This document shows, in pieces, positions 9,677 through 21,850 of a stretch of 64,000 nucleotides of DNA; position 1 is the stretch's first letter; every line of letters begins with the position of its first letter. This DNA is from Podarcis bocagei. Its lineage: Eukaryota. The translations under genes and the position numbers were made by a program. Under the pieces are notes generated by a model. It ran no database searches, had not been told where the DNA came from, and worked only from the letters and a program-made list of their open reading frames with translations. The DNA is taken from assembly GCA_964188305.1 (NCBI GenBank), contig OZ076886.1, one strand, 5' to 3'.

Positions 9677-9834
9677 CTTCTCCAGAGCCAGGCATTCTGC
9701 AGCAGCTACAAATACTTTTTAAATTTAGAATGCTTTGTAAAATGCATTGGGGGGGGGAATTGAAGCTACCACAGCCAGCCATTTGTGGCTATTTGGTCCA
9801 AAATGCCTGACTCTAAAAAGGGACTCCCCTTTGG
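9677..9834 (+). repeat. Direct repeat copy 2 (158 bp)
   Basis: Matches 8914-9073. Confidence 0.95.
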
Positions 9835-9930
9835 CCTTTCTCAGAACGAAAGGGAAACAGGGGTATGGAGGCAGGTGGCTCCCAATTTTGGCTCCCAGGT
9901 GGTGTCTGCACCCTCCCTTAACACACCGTA

Positions 9931-10576
9931 CATTATACCTTGGTTCCCAAACGCTTTGGTTCCCAAACGCCAAAAACCCGGAAGTAAGTGTTCCGGTTTT
10001 CAAACGTTTTTCAGAAGCTGAATGTCTGATGCAGCTGTCCGTTATTGTTTCTGGGGCACCTGCATGAATCAGAAGCTGCGCCTTGGTTTTCAAATATTTC
10101 AGAAGTCAAACAGACTTCCGGAATGGATTAAGTTTGGCGTTTTTGGTTTTTGCTATTTATTTTGCATTTTTGTTTTTGAGGCTTTTTCCATTAATTTGTT
10201 TTTGTGACTGTGTGGAACCCAGTTCACTTACTGATTGATTGATTGATTGATTGTGTGACTGTGGAAATGAATAAAAGCCCCCCATCCAAACAATGACTAT
10301 CATCAGTGCAGGTAAGAAATGTTTTTGTTTTTTAAAAAATCATCTATAATACTGTCTTATTTATTTTATAGTACAGTACATTGATTATTGCTTTCATTTT
10401 ATCAATCAATAGCCTCGTTAGATAGCAAAATTCATGCTAAATTGCTGCTTTAGGGGGTTGTTTTTAAAAGTCTGGAACGGATTAATTCCTTTTCCATTAC
10501 TTTCTATGGGAAAGCATGCCTTGGTTTTGAAATGGACTTCCAGAACGGATTAAGTTTGAGAACCAAGGTACCACTG
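9931..10576. mobile_element. Non-autonomous Tc1/mariner (Tigger/pogo-like) DNA transposon
   Basis: Right TIR AACCAAGGTACCACTG followed by TA; degenerate left TIR preceded by TA (TA-CATTATACCTTGGTT); internal subterminal repeats. Confidence 0.75.
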
Positions 10577-13500
10577 TACTACTTTTTTTTAACCATAAGC
10601 ATTAAGATATTTACTCAGATTAGATTTAATATACACAATTATTAAAATCATACTTAAAGCAGCTTGAAATGAAAATCAACAAAAATACAGTATAAAAGCA
10701 ATGAAATGACATATTCAGTAGAATAAGAATATGTTCCAGCTGCTATTCCTCTTACTACCTACAACAGAGCAGAGTTTCTGGGGTTCTAAAACCTGATTCT
10801 GCTGGTTACTTAGCAGCTGACTGCTGAGTGATGAGTAAGTTTCTCAGTGTTTTAAAGATTATCATAGCAAACGCTAAATGTAGCAGTGTGGGAGGACATC
10901 TGTTTCAGGCAAAGTTCTTGCAATACTTTAGGAGCTACAATAATTTAGTTCTTTGAAATTGTTTTAAAGATACAGCATCAATACAACAAGAAAAATACAT
11001 TTTATTGTTTCACATGCACAAGAGAACGTGGAGTTATAGCCTAACTGTGGCATGATAGGGAAATGTGTATTTATGACTATGGAAGACTTGTTTATGATAG
11101 TATCAAAGGGTGAATTTCTATTTTACATGTCTTCCAGCAAAAGAGGTAGTCATAACCACTATAGTTCTTACCCAAGTTCAAAATCCCTTTTAATCTCTGT
11201 ATCTTTGGAAGAGAGTCTTGTGTCTGTTTATTTGCTATTTAAGTGAAATCATCATTTTACACTATTTCATGTAGTTACCTTAGATCTTTTTTCCTTTTTC
11301 AGATTAAGTGTTCTATAAATGCTGTTAAATAACTTATGCATTCATTAAATTATACATTAACAGAAGGACCTTACAGAGCATTCCCAATGCTGGCTAGGGA
11401 GCAGTGAAACAGAATGGAATGGTAGAGTCATCACTCACAGCAGGCAGGGTGGAAGGTGTTTGTGTCAAGGAGGGGGTAAAATCCTGCCCTCCTTTTGTAT
11501 ACCAGCTTAAGGCTGGTGCACCAGACAGGCCTGGATTGGGCTTCTTTCCAGATGCTAGACCAGTTTAGGATTCAGTAGATCCTTGGCTGGCCTAACTCTA
11601 CCTTTGCTTCCTAAATACCCTGCTTTGAGGCTCTCCACCTATGAGAACATTGCCTCTGCTGTACTTTCTTTGGATACAGCAGGGGCCTCCATGGTGGTGG
11701 AGCCAGCAGATGCCAATGGACAGGGATGCCCACTGCCTCTAGACTATTGCTAGCAGTGTGGATTCAGCTTTGTGCAGCATACAAATCATATATTTAAAGA
11801 ATTCTGGTAACTGTAGTACACCCCTGGCAAAGCAACAGTTCCCTGTAACAAGGTACAGTTACCAAGATTCTTGGGAGGAAGTCAAGTGATTTAAATGTAT
11901 GGTGTGTACACAGCCTTGGTCTGTAAGACTGACCAGTTGATGATTGTCTCTGATGTCAGCATTTCACTCCTCCGTTGCTGGATGTGTGATTGTTACATCA
12001 CATGTCTGTGTTTACTTTCGAGGCTTGGGAAGTGTGAGAACGGAAGCCAGTCTTATCTCTTCCGTTTGTATTGTACTTTTCTATTTACTTTCTCTCTCTC
12101 TCGGAGTATAAGTGAGAGGACGCCATTATTGCTTTGTCCTGCATATATTGCTTAATAAATACATAAAATGCACACTCCTAAGCTCCATGTCGTCTCTGCT
12201 ATACTCTGCTGATAGAGTGTGCACATATCTTTTGATATGTGTCGCTACTGTGCACCGGGACTGAAGACTGGAGAATGTCCTGGGCTGCGCTTCATAAGGA
12301 AGGCACTCAGAGAGGTTTGTCTCATCCCCAGGGCTGCATGTGCCCCCCAGGCATGTTCCAACATCTACATCCCTCTGCTTTCTAACCCCCCATCCTTACC
12401 TAGCAACAAACCCATTGACTCACTTGTGAAAAAACACGCTGGGCAGGTTGCATAGACCCTTTGATGAAGGTTGCCTCTAAGGTCTATCCTGTTAAAGGAC
12501 TGAAAATTAGAGCCATTCCCAAGTAGTCTCAGATCATTTTACCTTTGATGAACTCACCACTTCTACAGAGTACATAGAGAGAGTCATATTGCACTTCTAT
12601 CAAGAGAAATATATCTGGGGCTCCCAGGAGATTACGATAAGTATTTTTTCTGCGTGTGGGAGGCAATGCAAACAAATATCTGGTGCAGAGGATTTGTGTC
12701 TCAAAGCAAGAATCCTTCTTCAAATGTATCTGAAAGCAAAGTTTGGGAAAGTCATTTACGGAGACTTTTTAGAAGCTTGGGGGTAGGGATGGAGAGAGGG
12801 ACAGTTCAAAAATGAAATATTCTGTAGAAAAATATAAAGGCTGAAGGTCCTTGTCAGTAAAAGAGAAGAGATGCTAACAGGATTTATTAAATGCAATTGC
12901 TCACCGAGTACAAAGATGTTTGACTTAGGGACATTGAAATAAAAGTGGAAATGGCCCAACAGTCACAAATAAAAGCAAAGAAAACCTCTGACAGCCTTTT
13001 GAAAATGATTTTTTTTAAAAAACCAAAGCAACAACCCACCCATTATCTACTTCTTTTGACTTTAGTTCCAAGCAGTCTGTGCTTACACCAAGAGCATATT
13101 GACTTTGTGAAATAGGAAGTGGGGGGAGGCGATGTTTGCACATGAAAGAATAGCTGTAAGAGCTAGGCAGAAAATGCCAGAAAAATATATTCTCTGTTAA
13201 AAATGACTGGATTTGTCATCATCACAGGTAACATGGTTCGAAGTGCAATAGCTGCAGGCTCTCACCCTAACCTGGGACTAAGCTCCCTTAAATGCAAGGG
13301 CACTTACATGGCTAGCAGTAGACATGGTTAGGACTGCAGTCTAACTTCTTCAAAATGAGAGGTGCTATGGAGCTAGCTTATCTGTCATCTAATTTCTAAT
13401 AAAAATAGGGTGGATGTTGCTCCACAAACATTTTTGCCCTGAATAGAATGCCTCCTCTTTTTAGTTGTTGTTGTTGGGTTGTTGTTGTTTTTTGCATCCT

Positions 13501-14653
13501 TTTGTGAAAGGGCGCAAAACTGTTGGCAAAAGGGTGTGTGGCAGTCTTGAGAGTGTAAGAAGCAGGAACACATTGCTGTTGCCAAGGGAAAGGAGGAGAA
13601 GGAATGTTCAGGCCAGGGAAACCTAAGTGGAGATGGTTGAATAGTATGGCTGAGTTTGAGGATGGCATTGAGTTGTGTGCAGTGAGGAAAATGCTGGGTG
13701 TTCTGAGCATGGAGCAGGAAACACTATTGTTAGCTGGATCCCACCTGATGACTCCAAGAGTTGCACAACTTGATCAATGATTAAATCCATAGCAATATCA
13801 AAAGTTCTAAGAGACCATGTCAGACCATACTTTTCTCCCTTCTCCTTTCCCTACTCAGCTCTCTTACTACTCATGAAAACAAATGGACAGTTTACCACAC
13901 TGCTAGTTTTACTGAGGATAACACGTTTTTAAATGGAACCACCACCTCTGCAGCATCTACTCTGTAAAACAGAGTTTAAAAACAGAGAAATGATGTATGA
14001 AGCAGAAAGGAATATGGCCCATTGGCTAGGCAGCTGCATGGCCGCAAAGAGAGTTGAAATTCCACCACAGTCCATGTGACTGAGGGCACTTTTAAGCTAC
14101 TTGTTTATGGAGCACTCATGCTTTGTATGCAGGGAGAATTGATGACACTGGCTGCTTAACGAGCATTGATTTAGAATCATTTGTGGGGAGGCAAGATAAA
14201 GTTGCATCAAAGCAAGTGTTATCCAGGACATTTCCAACCCACTTTACTTATGGCAAAAAGTCTGATCTTTTGGAGAAGTGGGTTGGTTGTGCAAGACCTT
14301 CCAATGGAGTATAATTGTGCAACCTGTACTTACCAGTGTGTGATTGAATCTCATCTGAAAATAGCAGCAGTCTGGAAGCAACCTGAGTTTCTATTTTAGC
14401 CACAGTAGCTCAACTGTAAGTAATGTGGAAACAACAGTGATTCAGTGAATTATGATGCCTAGACTATTAGATTTTAATGTGGGAAACTCAGATTCATAGT
14501 CCCATTCAACCATGAAGTTCATTGACTAACCTTGGGAAAGTGACTATCTTTCAGCCTTTCAGAGGATGAGTATTATACGAGAGAACTCCCCATGCATGGG
14601 AGGAAGGAGGGTTATCAAACAAATGTAAGTAAGGTCTCACAGAGTCATTTTTG

Positions 14654-14656
<3 letters not shown>

Positions 14657-14703
<47 letters not shown>
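14657..14703. repeat. (TA)n microsatellite, left flank of the Penelope-like element
   Basis: Direct observation. Confidence 0.95.
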
Positions 14704-14707
<4 letters not shown>

Positions 14708-14784
14708 CTTTCGTAGATTTTCACGGGTACAGGAATGCAGGTTTTGGTGTCTTCGGGTGTCTTCCCGTGTAAGAGTTGGGGTGT

Positions 14785-14829
14785 CTAGGCGACGTTTCGA
14801 CGAGGTCTCACTCGTCATCTTCAGGCTGG
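14785..14829 (-). ncRNA. Minimal hammerhead ribozyme motif (inverted pLTR copy)
   Basis: Exact reverse complement of 15748-15792. Confidence 0.7.
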
Positions 14830-15094
14830 TGCTTTCGGCTTCTTGTTACTAGAACAGAGCAGGATCTCAGTGTTTGAGTTCCTATAAATACTGTTGAGGG
14901 GGTGTGGTGTATAGCCTCCAACGTTCTGGGCAGAGAGGGAGTTCCCAGGTTAGTGTGCCTTTTCTTCTTTTGTTCCTTAATTACTTGAGGGATATCTTGA
15001 GTGATTTCTTGAGTGATATTCTGAGTACCACTTAGGAGGGTCATTAGGTGTGGATTAGTTGCTAAAGCTTTCGTGTCTTGACCTCTTGAGCTTG

Positions 15095-15515
15095 AGCGGA
15101 ACATCACCACAAGAGAATAATCATGGAAGCCATCGAGATAGAGAAACACCCTCACAACATGAACAAGCGTGACGACACGTCCCGCCTGCCAGACATCTGG
15201 AAATTAGCCCTCCCCACAAAAACCGACACCAGAACCAGAGACACACAGAACGCCATCTCCAATCAACCACACCAGACCCAAACCCAGACCCTCTCCACAG
15301 ATAAAGTACAGACACCATCCAGTAGCCAAACCATAGTGGCACCTCCGGATGCTGCACCCCCCTGCAATCCCTACACAGATCTGGCTGGCACAGGGCACAA
15401 AACCACAGCTCGCCCCTATACACGAAGCCAAGCCAGAGCACAACTAAGTGCAGTACAGCCATCTTCTCAGAAAAACTCTTTACAAGCTCAAGAGGTCAAG
15501 ACACGAAAGCTTTAG
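15095..15515 (+). pseudogene. 3' fragment of the Penelope-like ORF (end of GIY-YIG endonuclease + T/Q/P-rich tail)
   Basis: ORF-track 15123..15515; E-A-I-x-I...N-x-N-x-R-D-D...L...W pattern. Confidence 0.8.
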
Positions 15516-15747
15516 CAACTAATCCACACCTAATGACCCTCCTAAGTGGTACTCAGAATATCACTCAAGAAATCACTCAAGATATCCCTCAAGTAATTAA
15601 GGAACAAAAGAAGAAAAGGCACACTAACCTGGGAACTCCCTCTCTGCCCAGAACGTTGGAGGCTATACACCACACCCCCTCAACAGTATTTATAGGAACT
15701 CAAACACTGAGATCCTGCTCTGTTCTAGTAACAAGAAGCCGAAAGCA

Positions 15748-15792
15748 CCAGCCTGAAGATGACGAGTGAGACCTCGTCGAAACGTCGCCTAG
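15748..15792 (+). ncRNA. Minimal hammerhead ribozyme motif
   Basis: CTGAAGA-T-GACGAG(tgagac)CTCGTC-GAAAC-GTC: core CUGANGA, 6-bp stem II, GAAA, GUC cleavage triplet ending at 15786. Confidence 0.72.
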
Positions 15793-15837
15793 ACACCCCA
15801 ACTCTTACACGGGAAGACACCCGAAGACACCAAAACC

Positions 15838-15840
<3 letters not shown>

Positions 15841-15884
<44 letters not shown>
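15841..15884. repeat. (TA)n microsatellite, right flank
   Basis: Direct observation. Confidence 0.95.
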
Positions 15885-15890
<6 letters not shown>

Positions 15891-16260
15891 TAAATGGATT
15901 CCATCACTGTAGACAGTAATAAGAATGAATTGCCAAGTGATGTATCTTTTCTGAATGTTTGACTTTATATTTTCAAAGATATTCTCTGTCCTCCTGGACA
16001 AATAATCTCCACAGTGGCTTGCACCCATTTGCCCACACACCCAGAAGGAAGACTCATGAGAGAGAGCTGGAACACTAGGTGGAGGAACTGTAAACCAACA
16101 GTAAATCAATTAACCAGCTAATTCAGGTAGAGAAGCCTCCCTTAGGCATGTGTTGCAGGTGTAGGCTGTGGCTCCCCATTGATGGATGGGGATGAATTAA
16201 CTTCCTCCTTGCTATTTCAGTCTTGGAGCTGAAACCAGCACGAGCAGCTAGGCCCCACTG

Positions 16261-16506
16261 AGAGTTTGAGTTTTGGATTTGATATCCCACTTTATCACTA
16301 CCCGAAGGAGTCTCAAAGTGGCTAACATTCTCCTTTCCCTTCCTCCCCCACAACAAACACTCTGTGAGGTGAGTGAGGATGAGAGACTTCAGAGAAGTGT
16401 GAGTGGCCCAAGGTCACCCAGCAGCTGCATGTGGAGGAACGGGGAATCGAACCCAGTTCACCAGATTACGAGACTACCGCTTTTAACCACTACACCATAT
16501 TGGCTC
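16261..16506 (-). mobile_element. tRNA-derived CORE/MIR-type SINE (Squam2-like), full length
   Basis: Minus strand TGGTGTAGTGGTT (A box), GGGTTCGATTCCCC (B box), GGGTGACCTTGGGC core. Near-identical family member at 31930-32173. Confidence 0.8.
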
Positions 16507-19500
16507 ACCACACTGTTAAGCATTCACCTAAAATGTGCATGCCAGGCCTGAAGTGCACCTCAAGTTCCCCCAGGCACAAAGCACTGGTAGGACCCTGAAG
16601 GATGCCCTCCACCCAATAATGCCTCAATATTTTCTCACCCACTTCCTTACCTGCCAGTACTCAATGCCCCCATGGGCCACCAACCAGGTGCTTGTGGGGA
16701 ATGAGGTTAAAGCTTCTTCCCTGGTGGTTCAGCTGTTTCTGTTTCTGAATGCATGCTATCAAGGGAGACTTGGGTATGTGGCATTGATGCTTTTCCTCAG
16801 CAAACTGCAGTTTTCTGATTTATTACAGAGTGCTTTAGACACAATTCTGTGTCTTTGTAACAATTAGCACTTAAGGTACAATTATGATTCATTCTGAAAA
16901 GCCGTGTGTACAATTTGCTTTGATGTGCTTGAATGGAAAACCTCTATTCAAAATGCTAAGAGCCAAGTTTTTCACATTTCACTTCCCTGGGTTTTAACAA
17001 CTGAGGTACTGCAGGATATGTACTGTATATGATTTTATTTTTATTTTTGTAATGAGGGGAATGCTGTACAATACAGAAAATAAAGACAGCTGTGTTGGGT
17101 CATTAAACAAATATCAAAATCTACGTTGGGGTTGTACCTTTAATAGGTCAACCCAAATATTACAAAAGAGTGTGCAGTCTTTCAAGTTTTCTGGAATCAG
17201 GCTAGATGTCAAACAGAACAAGTGAGGGGAGAGGAGAGAAGTTGGCTGATGGTGAAGCCATGAAACTTGCATCTAGCCAGTCTTGAGACAGACTGGGAAG
17301 AGGTAGTAGATATTGAAAGGAAGCTCTGCAAGGTGCTATGCAGGTTTCAGGTCACACTTAAGACTGTTGGGAGGAAGAAACACACAATAGGCAAGACTTT
17401 TTTCAGCCAGAACTCACTGGAACTCAGTTCCGGCACCTGTCAGGTGGGTGCCACTGCCATTATAAGAGAACAAGGGAGGTGTTTGCGGTGAGCTCTGGAA
17501 CCTCTTTTTCTGGAAAAGTAGTATAAACATTGGGTGATAACTATACATATAAAATCCAGCCAAGAATTTCAATAGGTGGTATTACTCTGAGTTTTACTCA
17601 GAGTAGACCTGTTGAAATTAATGGCCCTAACCTAGTTATCTTCATCAATTTCAATTGGAGAAAGTCAACATAGCACAAAGGATATTGCTCCATCAGTACA
17701 AACATTTCTGTTTGCCTGATGGAATGATCTCCCTTCTCTCCCTCACCCAGGACTCTGTTCTGGGGGTTCTCCTGTTGCTCCCCTGCTCCAAGCCAATCCA
17801 CCGATGCAGGAAAGCCCCATTGCATTTGCATGAGTTTTCACTACTAAGACCAGTTAGTTGAATCCTGCTCAATGGTTCTATTATGCAAAAAAACTTATTT
17901 GAACGCTACCTCTTGAAAATTTCTCCTAACTTTGATGATTGCTGCATGCAATTTGTTTGATTCATTGGCAATGTTTGAAAAAATGCAGGAGAATTTTTTT
18001 GCAAAGCATGCACAGACACACACATGGACAGACTACATTCAGCAGTGATGAGGGCTAGAGAAAACTGTGCAAAACAAACTAAAAAGAAAAATGCAGACCA
18101 TAGCAGAGTTTAACAGTGTAGCAAGACCAGAAACTTTACCAGAGAGAAAGCAAGCTGATATTTTAGAATAAATCATGGTGTATTGAGAGAGAACCTGGAA
18201 TTACATTCTATTACATTTACCCACATTTTTAATACTGTTCTTATGTGACCAGCCATGAACTTTGTAAAGATATGATATATAAATGTTTTAAATAAATCTA
18301 TATGGTAGTAATACAGAGCCAGTATTTCTTTCTTGCTTGCTTGCTTATAAGACAATTCTTCCAAATCTCCATTCTGGCTTAACCTCTGCAGCATGCCTGC
18401 AGGATCAGAGCGATCAAGATCTGTACTTTCCTCAGATCCACACATCCTGAACTTGTGAATGTGAATATTTCCACAGAGGATATGTTTTGGTTCATGATTG
18501 TAAGGATTTTCAAATCTGCTCATCATTGTTTCTGATTTGATAGCACTTCTTCATGGGTAAATTCCAAGACCTAAAAATAAACAAATAAACTCTAATCTCG
18601 TTTCCCTCTAAATGCAGAATAATTTAGGAATGGCACAAATCCACACTTTCCTAAGTCACAGTTGTATTCTTTTGTTTCTATTTTTGTATTCCTGAAAATA
18701 AAAAAGATGCAGAAAATAACATGACATGCCAGAGATACAAATAACACGTGCAGTTAATAATATATAACAATGATGCTTATATATATTCTTTAACCCAAAT
18801 GCTCTTTCAAGGCTTCTTTTAAAAATACATTGTTTAAGGCCCACCATAACAAAATGGTAGAATGTCTACCTACAGTCCATGACCTTTGCATGCACACATG
18901 ACTAAGCAGCACTGTGCCTTCAAAAGAAAACAAGTGCACAGCTGGATAAAGAGTTATTGGGGACTCTGACCTGCTTAATATTTATGCTGAAACTCTGGCA
19001 CACTTCATCATAATCTTGCTGACAGTTCAGTGCTTTCCAAGAGACACTGTACAGGCAGATACTTTTCTAAATCCTCAGTGTACCTAACGAAGACTGAGAT
19101 TTCTGCCTTGAAGTACAATAACAGCAAGGACATGCTACTGAGAGTTACTGCTACCCAGAGGTAGCAAATCAAGGTTAATCACACATAAAGAGTTAGCAAG
19201 TGTGCACTGACTTGTCCCTTAGAGCATAAAATGTGTCTTCACTGAGGGCTTCATTGAATCACCTAAAATACCCAAGGTTGTATCAGAGGTTGAAGAATCA
19301 ACAATCCTTGTTTATGGGGACAGAGAATCTCAGGGTGCCTTAGTGCTACCACCTTGACGGTCGTTTCATGCCTTTGTCTATTTACCTGCACTTCTTTCTA
19401 TGCTATCTACACATTTCTTCATGGCTCAGATCAGGAGTGCCAGCTTGGCCCCATAACTATGGGTGTCTGGGGCCGTGGGTGTCATGCAGTGTGCATGGCC

Positions 19501-21501
19501 CTGGCACCAAAACTTGTGGGTGCCCGGCCCCTTCATGGGGAATTTTTGTGGGTGCTCAGGCACCCAGTGTTCCAAGGAGTGGGCACCCATGGCTCAAATA
19601 AAGATTCTGCTTTGTTTAACAAAGACTGTAGTCCTATGCACTTACTTTGGAGTAGGCTCACTAAATGTAGGCAAACTTATGTCTGTGTAAATATCTATAG
19701 AATTGCACTGATGGTTATGTATTCCAAGAAATGAAGCAAAAACTTCAAATTAAGTGAGAACTTTCTGCAGGCCCCTTTAAATTCAGAGATAGGATGAACC
19801 ATTTCAGGAGTGAGGTAAGATGAGGGCTGGTTATCTCCAGATATGTCAACGACTGAAATATTTACACTGTGGTGCAGAGATCTGGTGGGGAACATTAGGC
19901 ATGCTCAAGTGAAGTAGGCCTTTTAATATGGATCACATGGGTCCTAGTTTATTTACCTCCTTGATTAGGGATGGGCAAGTCTGCTAATTTTGGTTTCTCT
20001 CAGTTCTTCATTTTACCCCAGTCATAAGTTCTCCACATTTCCACACCAACTCGCAATATCTTCTTTTTATTTTATTTTAATCGTGAAATATTATCAGCAT
20101 TTTAGTGTGAATTTCTCCTTTACATGCAGTTTTGACTGAAATTTTGCCCAATATACACATTTTTGCAAAGCTAATTTTCCCAATTTAACATCTTTTTGCA
20201 CACATTGCTTGGCTGGAGAACAGATGTACAAAAATTCAGAGATGTGTGAACACTGAGGGATGACTGTGGGCTCCTCCACAGAAAGCACTAGTCTTAATGG
20301 TTTTCTGCTTGTCCCATAGTTTCTTGTCATGTGTCCAAGCAGTTTTACACCCCCCAAAACTTTCTCTGGGAAAACCCACTCTTTACTTCTGAGTCAGAAC
20401 AAATGCTGATCCACAGAAAACCCAATTGACATTTACTCCAATTCAGCCCTAAAGAGCGGGTTTTCCCAGGGGAGGGGCTCAGGACAAGTGTAGATGAATG
20501 TTTTGGCTTGTGCATTGCTTCAGAAAGTTTGAATTAGATAATTTTGTGTTTAAATTCAAACTGAATCAAATTTACCCCCTAACCTACCTCTGAGAGAGTC
20601 TTCTGAGTATACTGAGTATCTTTTCCAGAACCATGATCTCTTTTTTTCCTAATGAAGCAGCAAATGTGAGAGAAACCTCCTTGTTCTTCTTGCATCTCTC
20701 CTACTGGTTCTAATCCAGAACTAGGTATCTGCACCCTAGAACCATGGCTCATGCTCAGATTTGGTAACATGGCTTAGCTACTCCTCAAAAAATTTCACTA
20801 GCATTCTGTGTTCCTAGCCAGGTTTGCAGAAGCATGGCAAAAGAATGGATTTTCCTACTCTTTCTATGTAAGCTAAAGGGTGAAAGGAGTTTCATACTGT
20901 GTGATCTTTATTGGGAGAATGGAACCTGAGTATATTGGTGATTAGGGTTCATTAATGTGTAATTAATAATGACTTAAAAGACATGAACTTTTGCCTAAGG
21001 TATGGTAAAGAACTGTATGTCACCTCCAGGTTATAATTTGCTCTAGGATATAATTTGCTCTGAGTTGCAGAAAAGTATTTATGCGCTGAAAGTAAAGAGC
21101 AGTTTACATGACTTTTAAAACATAATTTCTTTATTCCTTTAACATTTCACATGAGCCTCCATGGAATAATACCACTGATGCAAACTTAAGACAACACAGT
21201 GACTCAGTGAAGCTCAGTTGACTGGAAAGACATGTTGTTTGCTGAGTCACATCAATGTAGGTCGTGACTGTGCAACAAATGGAAAATGTACACAACAGGT
21301 TGCGCGGCAAAGAATAGGTCTGATTGCTCCATCAGTTGTCAGAATAAGAGGAGTTTGCCATTGTTTCTACTGAACAAACCATCTGCTTAAAACAGATCTG
21401 GCCATGAGATGGGACATTTCTATGGTGGCAACTCCAGCTGGCCAGGTGAGCTGGTGTGTTAATGTCACATAACTATTTACTTCATTGTAATCTCAGGGAA
21501 A

Positions 21502-21850
21502 GGGACGCGGGTGGGGCTGTGGGTTAAACCACAGAGCCTAGTACTTGCCAATCAGAAGGTCAGCGGTTCGAATCCCCGCAACGGGGTGAGCTCCCATTGT
21601 TCGGTCCCAGCTCCTGCCAACCTAGCAGTTCGAAAACACAAAGTGCAAGTAGATACCTTCCAGCGGGAAGGTAAACGGTGTTTCCGTGCGCTGCTCTGGT
21701 TCGCCAGAAGTGGCTTAGTCATGCTGGCCACTTGACCCGGTAGCTGTCTGCGGACAAATGCCGGCTCCCTTCGGCCAATAAAGCAAGATGAGCACCACAA
21801 CCCCAGAGTCGGTCATGACTGGACCTAATGGCCAGGGGTCCCTTTACCTT
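21502..21850 (+). mobile_element. Sauria SINE, full length
   Basis: GGGACGCGGGTGG...GGTTCGAATCCCC...GGGGTCCCTTTACCTT; TSD TAATCTCAGGGAA at 21488-21500 and 21851-21863. Confidence 0.92.

Larger units (their letters stand above)
14704..15842 (+). mobile_element. Penelope-like retroelement, 5'-truncated, with inverted pseudo-LTRs (14735-15094 / 15483-15842)
   Basis: 360-bp inverted repeat. The spacer encodes RIIMEAIEIEKHPHNMNKRDDTSRLPDIW, the C-terminal GIY-YIG endonuclease motif. A 31-nt tail occurs only on the left arm. Hammerhead motif present. Confidence 0.9.

Noticed and set aside
14808-15769. Duplicated peptide MTLLSGTQNITQEITQDIPQ... on both strands
   Set aside because: A consequence of the inverted pLTR and its 12-bp internal tandem repeat, not a gene pair.
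16430-16506. tRNA genes at SINE heads (also 7262, 21502, 28800)
   Set aside because: A/B boxes are present but there is no full cloverleaf, and each continues into a SINE body.
18173-18600. 117-aa minus-strand ORF with an upstream polypyrimidine-AG acceptor-like site (~18571)
   Set aside because: All three frames from the acceptor hit stops early and the peptide resembles nothing I recognise; a lncRNA exon cannot be excluded.
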